From contig CAZFES010000001.1 in the NCBI GenBank assembly GCA_964517335.1, positions 7,127-71,126 on the forward strand: a stretch of 64,000 bases of DNA, written 5' to 3'. Below the pieces are notes generated by a model that searched no databases, had not been told where the DNA came from, and saw nothing but the letters and a program-made list of their open reading frames with translations. Below, one piece after another: positions 23,684-31,633 of this stretch (position 1 is the stretch's first letter; each line of letters begins with the position of its first letter). Both the position numbers and the translations under genes were made by a program. The DNA is from an uncultured Polyangiaceae bacterium (GTDB taxonomy: Bacteria; Myxococcota_A; Polyangia; Polyangiales; Polyangiaceae).

Positions 23684-25060
23684 CTACGCGAGCGGCAGGG
23701 TGAGCGCCACGCACAGGCCACCCCCTTCGCGGCAGCGCGCTTCGATGGTGCCGTCGTGCGCCGCGACGATCCGCCGGCACAGCGCCAGGCCCAGGCCGAC
23801 GCCGCCGGTGCCGCGCTCGCGGCTCCGGTCGCTGCGGAAGAACGGCTCGAACAGCATCGGCAGATCGTCGGGATCGACGCCGATGCCGCGGTCGCTCACG
23901 CTCACCGCGACGCAACCGTCGTCGGCGCGGAGCGCGACCTCGAGCTCGATGGGGCCGCCGTCGGCATACTTGACGGCGTTGTCGAGCAGGTTGTCGAGCA
24001 CGCGCCGCACCAGCTTCGAATCCACGTCCACCGGCGGCAGATCGGGCTCTATCCGCACCACCAGGCGGTCGCCGTCGTGCAAGCGGACGAATCGCTGCTC
24101 GGCTTCGCCGACGATGTCCTCCATCGACGTCGGCGCGCGCTGCAACGGCAGCGTGCCGTCGGTGTTGGCCGTGAGGTCGAGACGCGCGGTGAGCAGCACT
24201 TGCTCGACGAGCTGTTCGAGCTCGGCGAGATCGCCGCCGATGCCTCGCAGGCGCTCGCGGGTGGCGCCGGGGTCGTCCTCGTCCTCCGCGAGCTCGAGCG
24301 CGATGCGAATGCGCGCCAGCGGCGTGCGCAGCTCGTGGGACACGTTGGCGAGCAGCTCCTTTTCGTTGTTGACCATGCGCTCGAGGCGCGCCGCCATCTC
24401 GTCGAAGGCGCGCGCGAGCACGCCGAGCTCGTCGCGCCGCATGGCATCGACGCCGCTGCGCGCCGCCAGATCGCCCTCGCCGAGCGCGCGGGCCGCGCGG
24501 GTGATCCGCTCGACCGGACGCGCGATGCCGCGCGCCATCGACAGCGACACCAGCGCGAGCACCAGCAGCACCACCGCCGGGATGATGAGCCAGGCCCAGG
24601 CGCTGCCCCACTGCCACTGGTAGGCGCCCACCACATAGGCGCGGCCGTTGTCGAGCGGCACCGCGAAGCGCTGGCGCCGGCCGTAGCCCCGCATGTACGC
24701 CTTCTCCGGGACCGCCTCGAGCGGCGCGACCTCTCCCCCGTAGTCGGCGAGGCGCTCGCCGGCGGCGTTGTAGACGGCCACGTCGACCTCGAAGATGGCC
24801 GCCAGGCGCTCGACCTTGGCGTCGAGGGCAGCCGGATCGTCGAGCAGCCCCGACAGCTCCTGATCGAGGTACCGCGCCAGCCGCTGGTGGATCATCGTGA
24901 CCGGCGCCGGCATGCCGCTCCACAGCAGCTTGTTGGCGATGCCGACGCCCGCAGCGACGGCCACCAGCAGGATGATGCCGTGCAGATAGACGCGCCAGAA
25001 CACGCGCCGGCCGTGACGGTGGCGACCGCGCCGCTCTCGGCAGCGACGGCCGCGATGCAT
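23684..25060 (-). CDS. Sensor histidine kinase (2 TM, HAMP, HisKA, HATPase_c)
   Basis: Start MHRGRRCRE (ATG 25060) shares 1 nt with the response-regulator stop (TGATG). H-box NVSHELRTPLARI. N, G1 and G2 boxes: DNLLDNAVKY, DRGIGV, GTGGVGLGLA. Confidence 0.85.
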   Translation of the reverse strand: MHRGRRCRERRGRHRHGRRVFWRVYLHGIILLVAVAAGVGIANKLLWSGMPAPVTMIHQRLARYLDQELSGLLDDPAALDAKVERLAAIFEVDVAVYNAAGERLADYGGEVAPLEAVPEKAYMRGYGRRQRFAVPLDNGRAYVVGAYQWQWGSAWAWLIIPAVVLLVLALVSLSMARGIARPVERITRAARALGEGDLAARSGVDAMRRDELGVLARAFDEMAARLERMVNNEKELLANVSHELRTPLARIRIALELAEDEDDPGATRERLRGIGGDLAELEQLVEQVLLTARLDLTANTDGTLPLQRAPTSMEDIVGEAEQRFVRLHDGDRLVVRIEPDLPPVDVDSKLVRRVLDNLLDNAVKYADGGPIELEVALRADDGCVAVSVSDRGIGVDPDDLPMLFEPFFRSDRSRERGTGGVGLGLALCRRIVAAHDGTIEARCREGGGLCVALTLPLA

Positions 25061-25764
25061 CAGCCGCCCTCCAGCGCGTACTGATAGCCCACCCCGCGCA
25101 CCGTCTTGATGCGCTTCGGTTTGCGCGAGTCGTCGCCCAGCTTCTGGCGCAGCCGCGAGATGTGCACGTCCACCGAGCGGTCGAACGCCTCTTCGGCGTT
25201 CCCGCGCGCCAGCTCCATCAGCTGCTCGCGGCTGAGCACCCGCCCGGCGCGCTCGACGAGCGCATACAACAACGAGAACTCGTAGCTCGTGAGCGCCAGC
25301 TCCTCGTCGCGCAGGATCGCCGTGCGCGCGCCCGGATCGAGCGTGAGATCGCCGACGGTGAGCGTCCGCACCGAGGGGCCCACCTGGCCGCGGGCACGCC
25401 GCACCAGCGCGCGCAGTCGCGCCAGCAGCTCGCGCGGCGAGAACGGCTTGGCGAGGTAGTCGTCGGCGCCGATCTCGAGGCCGAGCACGCGGTCGGCTTC
25501 CTCCCCGCGCGCGGTGATCATGATGATCGGCACGTCGGACTGGTCGCGCAGGCGCTGGCACAAACTGATGCCGTCGATGCCGGGGAGCATCACGTCGAGC
25601 AGCACGCAATCGAAGCGATGCCGTCGCGCCTCCGCCAGACCGTCGTCGCCCCGCGCCGCCACCGTCACGACGCAGCCGTGCCGCTCGAGGTACTCGCGGG
25701 TCAGCGACGCCAGGCGCGCGTCGTCTTCCACCAGCAAGACCTGAACCATCGGCTCGGCGGTCAT
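25060..25764 (-). CDS. OmpR/PhoB-family response regulator
   Basis: Receiver domain (VLLVEDD...LLDVMLPGIDG...ITARG...DDYLAKPF) followed by a winged helix (LTSYEFSLLYAL...IKTVRGVGYQY). Start is 25764 or 25749. Confidence 0.85.
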   Translation of the reverse strand: MTAEPMVQVLLVEDDARLASLTREYLERHGCVVTVAARGDDGLAEARRHRFDCVLLDVMLPGIDGISLCQRLRDQSDVPIIMITARGEEADRVLGLEIGADDYLAKPFSPRELLARLRALVRRARGQVGPSVRTLTVGDLTLDPGARTAILRDEELALTSYEFSLLYALVERAGRVLSREQLMELARGNAEEAFDRSVDVHISRLRQKLGDDSRKPKRIKTVRGVGYQYALEGG

Positions 25765-25883
25765 GCCCTGTAGTCTTCCATGCCGGAGGTCGTTCCGGGC
25801 GTCGATTCGTGGCCTCGATGAGGGCAGCGGCGGCATGCGCTCCCTACTCTGCGTCGCCGCCCTGGTGCGCGTGTGTCGCGATC

Positions 25884-25899
25884 GTGAAGTTCTGTGAAG
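25884..25899. promoter_or_regulatory. Direct repeat GTGAAG-ttct-GTGAAG (10-bp period), a possible OmpR-family binding site
   Basis: Two exact hexamers one helical turn apart, about 120-135 nt upstream of the response-regulator start, in the 136-bp gap after the citrate-synthase-like gene. This tandem geometry is typical for winged-helix regulators. No consensus is known for this regulator. Confidence 0.25.
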
Positions 25900-25900
25900 C

Positions 25901-27019
25901 CTACGCGGCCGGCCGCGCGCCGACGTAGCGCGCCGCGGGGCGGATCAGCCGCCCGGTGCGGCGCTGTTCGGCGATGTGGGCGCACCAACCGGCCACGCGC
26001 CCCACCGCAAAGGTGGCGGTGAACATGCTGCGCGGCACCCCGAGCGCTTCGAGCAGCACCGCCGTGTAGAACTCGACGTTGGCGCGAATGGGGCGATTCG
26101 GCTTGCGCGCCGCCAGCTGGCGTTCGGCCTCGCGCTCGACAGCGCGCGCCAGCGCCACGCGACCGCTCGCGGGATCGAGCGTGCGCACGGCCGCCTCGAG
26201 CAGCTCGGCGCGCGGATCCCGCGCGCGGTAGACGCGGTGGCCCATGCCCATGATGCGCTCGCCCGCCGCGAGCGCCTGCGCGATCCAACCCGCGGCCGCG
26301 CCGGGATTGCCGATGGCGTCGAGCATGTCGAGCACCGGCCCGGGCGCGCCGCCGTGCAGCCGGCCCTTCAGCGCGCCGATGCCCGCCACCACCGCCGACA
26401 CGGTGTCGGACTCGGTCGAGGCGACGACCCTGGCCGCGAAGGTCGACGCGTTCATGCCGTGCTCGCACACCGTCGCCAGATAGGTGTCCATGGCGCGCGC
26501 CTCGACGCGCCGCGGGATACTGCCGCGCAGCATGCGTAGGTAGTCGCTGGCATGGCTGCGCCGCGGGTGAGGCTCGAGCGGCGGCTGGCCCGCCGCGCGA
26601 CGCGCCCAGGCGGCCGCGAACACGGCCGTCGCGCCGGTCAGGCTGACGGCATCCCAGGGGACGTCGGCGATCCCTTCGCTGGCGCTGTCGAGCGCGACGT
26701 GCGCGAGCGCCGCGCGCAGCCCATCCATCGCGTCATCGGCGTCGAGGGCGCTGCCGAGCTCGCCCATGAGCGCCCAGGCGCGGCGGCGCGCCAGGCCCAG
26801 GGCGGCCGACACGCGCGCCACCCGGACCCGCCCTTCGGCGCCGGACGGCAGCACGCCGTCCCACAACAGACAGCAGGCGCTGTCGAAGCCGAGCGCCGCC
26901 ACCTGTTCCACCGGGTGGCCGCCGATAAGCAGGCGGCCGTGGACGCCATCCACTTCGCTGAGACGGGTGTCCGCCACCACGATGCCCTCGAGACCGCTGT
27001 TGCTCATGCGCTGCAACAT
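25901..27019 (-). CDS. Citrate synthase-family protein (short, about 372 aa, CitA-like)
   Basis: Motifs: GLEGIVVADTRLS, LKGRLHGGAPG (first catalytic His context), MGMGHRVYRARDPR (second His), RPIRANVEFYTAV (Glu where canonical enzymes have NVDFY), GRVAGWCAHIAEQ. Confidence 0.8.
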   Translation of the reverse strand: MLQRMSNSGLEGIVVADTRLSEVDGVHGRLLIGGHPVEQVAALGFDSACCLLWDGVLPSGAEGRVRVARVSAALGLARRRAWALMGELGSALDADDAMDGLRAALAHVALDSASEGIADVPWDAVSLTGATAVFAAAWARRAAGQPPLEPHPRRSHASDYLRMLRGSIPRRVEARAMDTYLATVCEHGMNASTFAARVVASTESDTVSAVVAGIGALKGRLHGGAPGPVLDMLDAIGNPGAAAGWIAQALAAGERIMGMGHRVYRARDPRAELLEAAVRTLDPASGRVALARAVEREAERQLAARKPNRPIRANVEFYTAVLLEALGVPRSMFTATFAVGRVAGWCAHIAEQRRTGRLIRPAARYVGARPAA

Positions 27020-27036
27020 GGGCCCGCCGTGCTATG

Positions 27037-27062
27037 TTGATCAACATTGATTCATGAATCAA
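27037..27062. promoter_or_regulatory. Palindromic operator candidate: TTGATCAA-ca-TTGATTCATGAATCAA
   Basis: A perfect 16-bp palindrome TTGATTCATGAATCAA (27047..27062) is centred on the ATG of the HTH-fused gene. It is preceded by the 8-bp palindrome TTGATCAA (27037..27044). Both lie in the 34-bp divergent intergenic region and are strongly AT-rich for this DNA. Confidence 0.55.
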
Positions 27063-28307
27063 CGTCAGGCAATCGACGATCCAACCATCGCCGCCGAATG
27101 GCTGTCGGCAGGCGAGGCGGCGCGCGTCCTCGGGGTGAAGCGCGAGACGCTGTACGCCTATGCCAGCCGCGGAAAGATCGCCACGCAGCCCGGCGAGGGA
27201 CGCCGCCAGCGCTATCGCCGGGCCGACGTCGTCCGGCTGGTGGCGTTGCGGGACGCGCGCGCCGGGCACGGCGCAGTGGCGGCCGGCGCGCTGCGCTGGG
27301 GCGAGCCGGTGCTCGACTCGGCGGTCACCGAGATCCGCCCCGAGGGCCACCGCTACCGCGGACAGCCGGCGCTCGCGCTGGCGCAGACGCATTCCTTCGA
27401 GGCGGTGGCGGAGCTGTTGTGGGGCGGCGACGGGCGCCGCCCGTGGCCCGCGGCCAGCCTGCCGCTCGCGCCGGGGCGGCTGGCGTCGCTCCTGTCGCAC
27501 GATGCGCGCCCTGTGGATGCCATCGCGATGGGGCTGCCGGCGATGGCGACCTGGGATCCCATGCGCCTGCACGCGGGCGAGGACGCCACGCTGCGCGTCG
27601 CGCGCCTGCTCATCCGGCGCATGATCGCCTGCGCCGCCCTGCCCTGCGGCGCCGAGCTGGCGAAGCAGTCGCTGCGCGAACCGGGCGCCGCGCGCGCGCT
27701 GGTCGTCGCGCTCGGCGCCCAGCCGACGCCCGACGCCGCAGCGGCGGTGGAGCGCGCGCTCATCCTGTGCGCCGATCACGAGCTCAACCCGTCGAGCTTC
27801 GCCGCGCGGGTTGCGGCCTCCGCCGGATCCGACGTGTATGCCTGCGTCGGCGCGGCGCTCGCGACGCTGGTGGGTCCGCACCACGGTGGCATGCCCGAGC
27901 GCGTCGAAGCGCTGCTCGCGGAGATCGGACGCCCGGAGCGCGCCGCCCGCGTCGTCGCCGAACGCCTCCGCCGCGGCGACGAGGTGCCGGGCTTCGGCCA
28001 CACCCTCTACCCTCGGGGCGACCCGCGTACAGCGCCCTTGCTCGAGGCGGCCCGCCGCCTGGCGCCGCGCAGCCGCGTCGTGCGCAGCGTCGATGCGCTC
28101 GTGGATGCCATGCAGCTCGCGGGCGCGCCGCGGCCCACGCTCGACGTGGGGCTGGTGGCGCTGTCGGGCGCGCTGCAGCTCGGGCCCGGCGCCCCGGTGA
28201 CGGTCTTCGCCATCGGCCGCACCGCCGGCTGGATCGCGCACGTGCTCGAGCAGCGCCAGGCGGGGTTCTTGCTTCGTCCGCGTGCGCGCTACGTCGGCGT
28301 CGTGTGA
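27054..28307 (+). CDS. Helix-turn-helix (MerR/excisionase-type) domain fused to a citrate synthase-family domain
   Basis: N-terminus: WLSAGEAARVLGVKRETLYAYASRGKI...YRRADVVRL, an HTH_17-like motif. The citrate-synthase fold follows: LILCADHELNPSSFAARV, LVGPHHGGMPE, VPGFGHTLYPRGDPR, PTLDVGLVAL, GRTAGWIAHVLEQ. Confidence 0.8.
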   Translation: MNQRQAIDDPTIAAEWLSAGEAARVLGVKRETLYAYASRGKIATQPGEGRRQRYRRADVVRLVALRDARAGHGAVAAGALRWGEPVLDSAVTEIRPEGHRYRGQPALALAQTHSFEAVAELLWGGDGRRPWPAASLPLAPGRLASLLSHDARPVDAIAMGLPAMATWDPMRLHAGEDATLRVARLLIRRMIACAALPCGAELAKQSLREPGAARALVVALGAQPTPDAAAAVERALILCADHELNPSSFAARVAASAGSDVYACVGAALATLVGPHHGGMPERVEALLAEIGRPERAARVVAERLRRGDEVPGFGHTLYPRGDPRTAPLLEAARRLAPRSRVVRSVDALVDAMQLAGAPRPTLDVGLVALSGALQLGPGAPVTVFAIGRTAGWIAHVLEQRQAGFLLRPRARYVGVV

Positions 28308-28319
28308 TGATGAGGTGCC

Positions 28320-29258
28320 ATGGCCTACCGGGATGAGCTCACCGCGCTGCGCGCCGAGCTCGACAAAGCGCGCGACGTCATCGACGAGCTCGAGGCGCGC
28401 GTCACGCCCCGGCTGGTGGAGGAGCTGCCGCGCGAGGTGGCGGAGTCGCTCACGTGGATCCGCCAGCAGGCGCTCGTCGCACCCGACACGGCCGACGGGC
28501 TGCGCAAGCACCTCGACATGTTCCGCGAGTATCGCGCCCTCCTCGACGACGTGATCGCACGCGCGCCGGAGCTCGAGCAGTCGCTGAACCACCTGCCGCG
28601 CGCCTTCCCCGAGCGCGTCAAACCCTCCCATCGCTATTTCTTTCCCGACATCTACGATCCGCACATCAGCCACGCGCGCAGCCACATCCACCGCTACTTG
28701 CAACAGCGCGATCCGGAGGTGAGGCTGCGCGACGCGCGCGCCCGATACTTCGACGCACACGCCGACCCGTATCTGGTCGACGCAATGTTCCACGTCGAAA
28801 GAGCGCCCCTTCGGCTCATCGTCATCGCCGTCGGGCCGCCCGATCAGATGCTGCGCCAGCTCTGCTACAGCCTGTTCATGCGCACCCGGCGCAGCATGCC
28901 GACGATGAAGCTCACCAATCAAAGCGCGCTCGACGCGCTGGCGGTGTTGTTCCGGCTACGGCGCGACACCAAGATCGGCGACGCGCGCGTGGACGACGCC
29001 ATCGTCATCGACGCCGATGCCGAAGCGGCCGAGCGCGTCCTCACCAACGACGTCCGCGAAGCGTTGATCCGCTACCATCGCTCCTGCCCGCGGGCCACGC
29101 TGCTCATCGAAGATGGCCTGGCGCGCGCCGAATGGATCGCCACGGTGGTCGCGCCCGAGGAGGACGTGACGCCGGCCATCGATCTGTTGCTGGCGGTCCG
29201 CCGCGTTCCGCCGCTGTCGCTGCTCAAAAAGAGAGCGACGCGTCGAGCGTCGGGCTGA
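28320..29258 (+). CDS. Hypothetical protein (N-terminal coiled coil), probably co-transcribed with the HTH-citrate-synthase-like gene
   Basis: GAGG lies 4-5 nt upstream of the ATG, which is 12 nt after the upstream stop. Third codon positions are G/C-rich. No domain recognised. Confidence 0.55.
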   Translation: MAYRDELTALRAELDKARDVIDELEARVTPRLVEELPREVAESLTWIRQQALVAPDTADGLRKHLDMFREYRALLDDVIARAPELEQSLNHLPRAFPERVKPSHRYFFPDIYDPHISHARSHIHRYLQQRDPEVRLRDARARYFDAHADPYLVDAMFHVERAPLRLIVIAVGPPDQMLRQLCYSLFMRTRRSMPTMKLTNQSALDALAVLFRLRRDTKIGDARVDDAIVIDADAEAAERVLTNDVREALIRYHRSCPRATLLIEDGLARAEWIATVVAPEEDVTPAIDLLLAVRRVPPLSLLKKRATRRASG

Positions 29259-29577
29259 CGTCGAGCCTGGCATCGAGGTGGGGCCGCGCCGTGCCGGTGC
29301 GCAGGGCATCGGCCAGATCGGGATGATCGCGCTCGAGCGTATCGGCGTCGACAGCCTCGGAGACGATGCGCCCGTCGCGGGTGGCCACCGCGTACCGCGG
29401 CTCGCCTGCGCCGTCCGACGCCAGCACGACCAGCGCGCGGTCGTGCGTCTGCAGCGTCCCGATCACGGTGCCTTCGGCGGCGGGGGGCACGGCCGGCGCC
29501 TCGTCGCTGCTCGACGACCCTACACAGCCCCATGCACACGCGCCGATGGCCCACACGATGCCCAGTCCTCGCAGCAT
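29224..29577 (-). CDS. Small lipoprotein, unknown function
   Basis: ATG 29577 gives MLRGLGIVWAIGACAWGCVGSSSS (lipobox-like). It is the C-terminal 117 aa of the 260-aa track ORF. It overlaps the 3' end of the convergent 28320..29258 gene by 35 nt. Confidence 0.5.
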   Translation of the reverse strand: MLRGLGIVWAIGACAWGCVGSSSSDEAPAVPPAAEGTVIGTLQTHDRALVVLASDGAGEPRYAVATRDGRIVSEAVDADTLERDHPDLADALRTGTARPHLDARLDVSPTLDASLSF

Positions 29578-29641
29578 GCGCGCAGTATAGACCCAACCGG
29601 CCGCGCTTGCAGCCCTGGGCCCACGCCCGCATGTTGTCCCG

Positions 29642-30241
29642 ATGAAGCGATTCGCCCCCGCCGCCGCGCGCAACCGCGATCCCATCCTCGAGGTGCTGCG
29701 GCGCGTGCTGCCTTCCGAGGGCAAGGTGCTCGAGATCGCGAGCGGCACCGGCGAGCACGCCATGCACTTCGCCGCCGCGCTGCCCGCGCTGACCTGGCAA
29801 CCGAGCGACATCAGCGCCGAGGCCATCGACAGCATCGAGGCGCATCGCGCCGACGGCCCGCGCAACGTCCTGCCGGCGGTGGTGCTCGACGTGCGCGACG
29901 CCGACTGGGGCGAGGCGGCGCGGGATCTGTCCGCGATGCTGTGCATCAACATGATCCACATCGCGCCCTGGAGCTGTGGCGAAGCGTTGCTGCGGGGCGC
30001 TGGCATTCACCTGCCCGCCGGCGCGCCGCTCTTGCTCTATGGACCGTACCGCTTTCACGGCCGCTTCACCGCGCCGAGCAACGAGACCTTCGACGCCTCG
30101 TTGCGGCATCGCGATCCGTCGTGGGGCGTGCGCGACGTCGACGACATCACCCGCGCCGCCGAGCCGCACGGCCTCGCGCACGAGGAGACGGTGGCCATGC
30201 CCGCCAACAACCACGTGCTGGTGTTTCGCCGCGTTCAGTGA
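29642..30241 (+). CDS. DUF938-family SAM-dependent methyltransferase-like protein
   Basis: AARNRDPILEVLRRVLPSEGKVLEIASGTGEHAMHFAAALPALTWQPSD matches the DUF938 N-terminal signature as I recall it, including the Rossmann LEIASGTG motif. Confidence 0.7.
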   Translation: MKRFAPAAARNRDPILEVLRRVLPSEGKVLEIASGTGEHAMHFAAALPALTWQPSDISAEAIDSIEAHRADGPRNVLPAVVLDVRDADWGEAARDLSAMLCINMIHIAPWSCGEALLRGAGIHLPAGAPLLLYGPYRFHGRFTAPSNETFDASLRHRDPSWGVRDVDDITRAAEPHGLAHEETVAMPANNHVLVFRRVQ

Positions 30242-31608
30242 ATACAGCGTTGCTTGCACGGCCGCAGCAGGTTGCGCTGGAAGCGGCGCATGCCGGCGAG
30301 CGGCGGCTCGCCGAGCGGCCACGGATCGCGGCACATGTCCTCGACGACGATGCGCTCGCCGCGCACCACCAGCGTGGCCGGGAGCGGCTCGTCGTGGATC
30401 GCGCACCACTCTTGCCGCGCGCGATACAACGCTTCGGGACCCCACAGGCGGGCACGCGCACGCTCCGCCACGCCCGGCGCCGCGCGGCCCGGAGCGAACT
30501 GGACGTCATCCAGACGCACGTACGGATCGACCCACACCGGTATGAACAGATGGTTGTGGCAGCCCGCGTCGATGCGCAGGTTGCTGAGCATGGCGCCACT
30601 GCGATGAAACTGCAGACCCAGATACGGCGTGAGCGCGTTGAGCCAGAACAGCGCGGCCGCGAGCAGCGGCAGGCTGCGCCGGCCCGCGTCGTCCCAGGCG
30701 CCGCGACCGCGAAACAAGCCGCCGGAAAAGCGCGTGGTCACCACCTCGACCATCAGCGCGAGGGCCAGCCACAGCACGATCTCCTTGATGCGCCAGTCCG
30801 GATCGCTCGACCAGCGCCCCGCAAAGGTGGTCAGCTGAATGCACAGCCCGGGCACGCCGCCGGCGATCAGGATGTGCCAGCGCCGGCGCCGCAGCGTCCG
30901 CCACAGCGCCCGCAGCTCGTCCCGGCTGAACAGCGTCAGCCAGCCCGACATCATGGTGAAGGCGAACCCCGGCGCAAAGATCATCGTGAGCGGGATGTGG
31001 AACAGGCACGCCAGCGTCACGCCGAGCGCCGGCCGCCGCCACAGGAGCAGCGGTAGCCCGAGCTCGCACGCCACGAACAGGATCGGCCACAATCGCGCGT
31101 CGAACGAGGCGGTGACGGGCGCCGGCAGCCAGCCCACCCCGTCGGCCAGCACGCCGAGACCCGCATTGGCGCAGCTCACGGCGGGGTCGAAGAAGTCGTG
31201 GTTGAGCTTGTGCAACGCCGCCACCGCGTACACGCTGAGCGTCAACACGCGCACCGCCCCGAGCAGCGAGCGCATGCCGTCGCGCATCGCAAACGCCCCG
31301 CAGGCCGCCAGCGCACACGCCAAGAGATACCCCGACTGCGTCAGCTGATCTTGCAACAACAAGATCGGCAGCAGCAGCCCCATCGCGCAGGCGACCCAGC
31401 CGGCGAAGCATCCGTTGATCGACAGCAGCACCACTCCGAGCCAGTGCAGCGCCGCCGGGCCGAGCCACGACGGCTCCATCGCGTCCGGCAGCGTCAGCCG
31501 CAACGCGCTGGCGACGGCGTAGCCCCGCGCATACACGCGGTAGCCGAGGTCGTCCGAGGGCGCGCGGAGCCACCACGGGAGTCGCGGCTGAAACGCCTCG
31601 TCTTCCAT
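30235..31608 (-). CDS. Polytopic membrane protein, possibly HTTM / vitamin-K-dependent gamma-carboxylase-like
   Basis: About 8 hydrophobic helices. AALHKLNHDFFDP resembles the HTTM Lys-containing helix. The C-terminal approx 130 aa are soluble and contain 5 Cys. I prefer start MEDEAFQ (31608) over 31650, which would overlap the divergent neighbour. Confidence 0.5.
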   Translation of the reverse strand: MEDEAFQPRLPWWLRAPSDDLGYRVYARGYAVASALRLTLPDAMEPSWLGPAALHWLGVVLLSINGCFAGWVACAMGLLLPILLLQDQLTQSGYLLACALAACGAFAMRDGMRSLLGAVRVLTLSVYAVAALHKLNHDFFDPAVSCANAGLGVLADGVGWLPAPVTASFDARLWPILFVACELGLPLLLWRRPALGVTLACLFHIPLTMIFAPGFAFTMMSGWLTLFSRDELRALWRTLRRRRWHILIAGGVPGLCIQLTTFAGRWSSDPDWRIKEIVLWLALALMVEVVTTRFSGGLFRGRGAWDDAGRRSLPLLAAALFWLNALTPYLGLQFHRSGAMLSNLRIDAGCHNHLFIPVWVDPYVRLDDVQFAPGRAAPGVAERARARLWGPEALYRARQEWCAIHDEPLPATLVVRGERIVVEDMCRDPWPLGEPPLAGMRRFQRNLLRPCKQRCIH

Positions 31609-31633
31609 CGAGAACTCGTCGAGGATCCAACCC

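Noticed and set aside
14348-23703. Very long + strand ORFs (14348..17797, 1149 aa; 18904..23703, 1599 aa) opposite the vWA operon
   Set aside because: They are antisense shadows of the minus-strand genes. The products are Arg/Ala/Gly/His/Asp-rich with no motifs, whereas the minus-strand frames carry clear FecR/VIT/vWA/TPR motifs and G/C-rich third positions.
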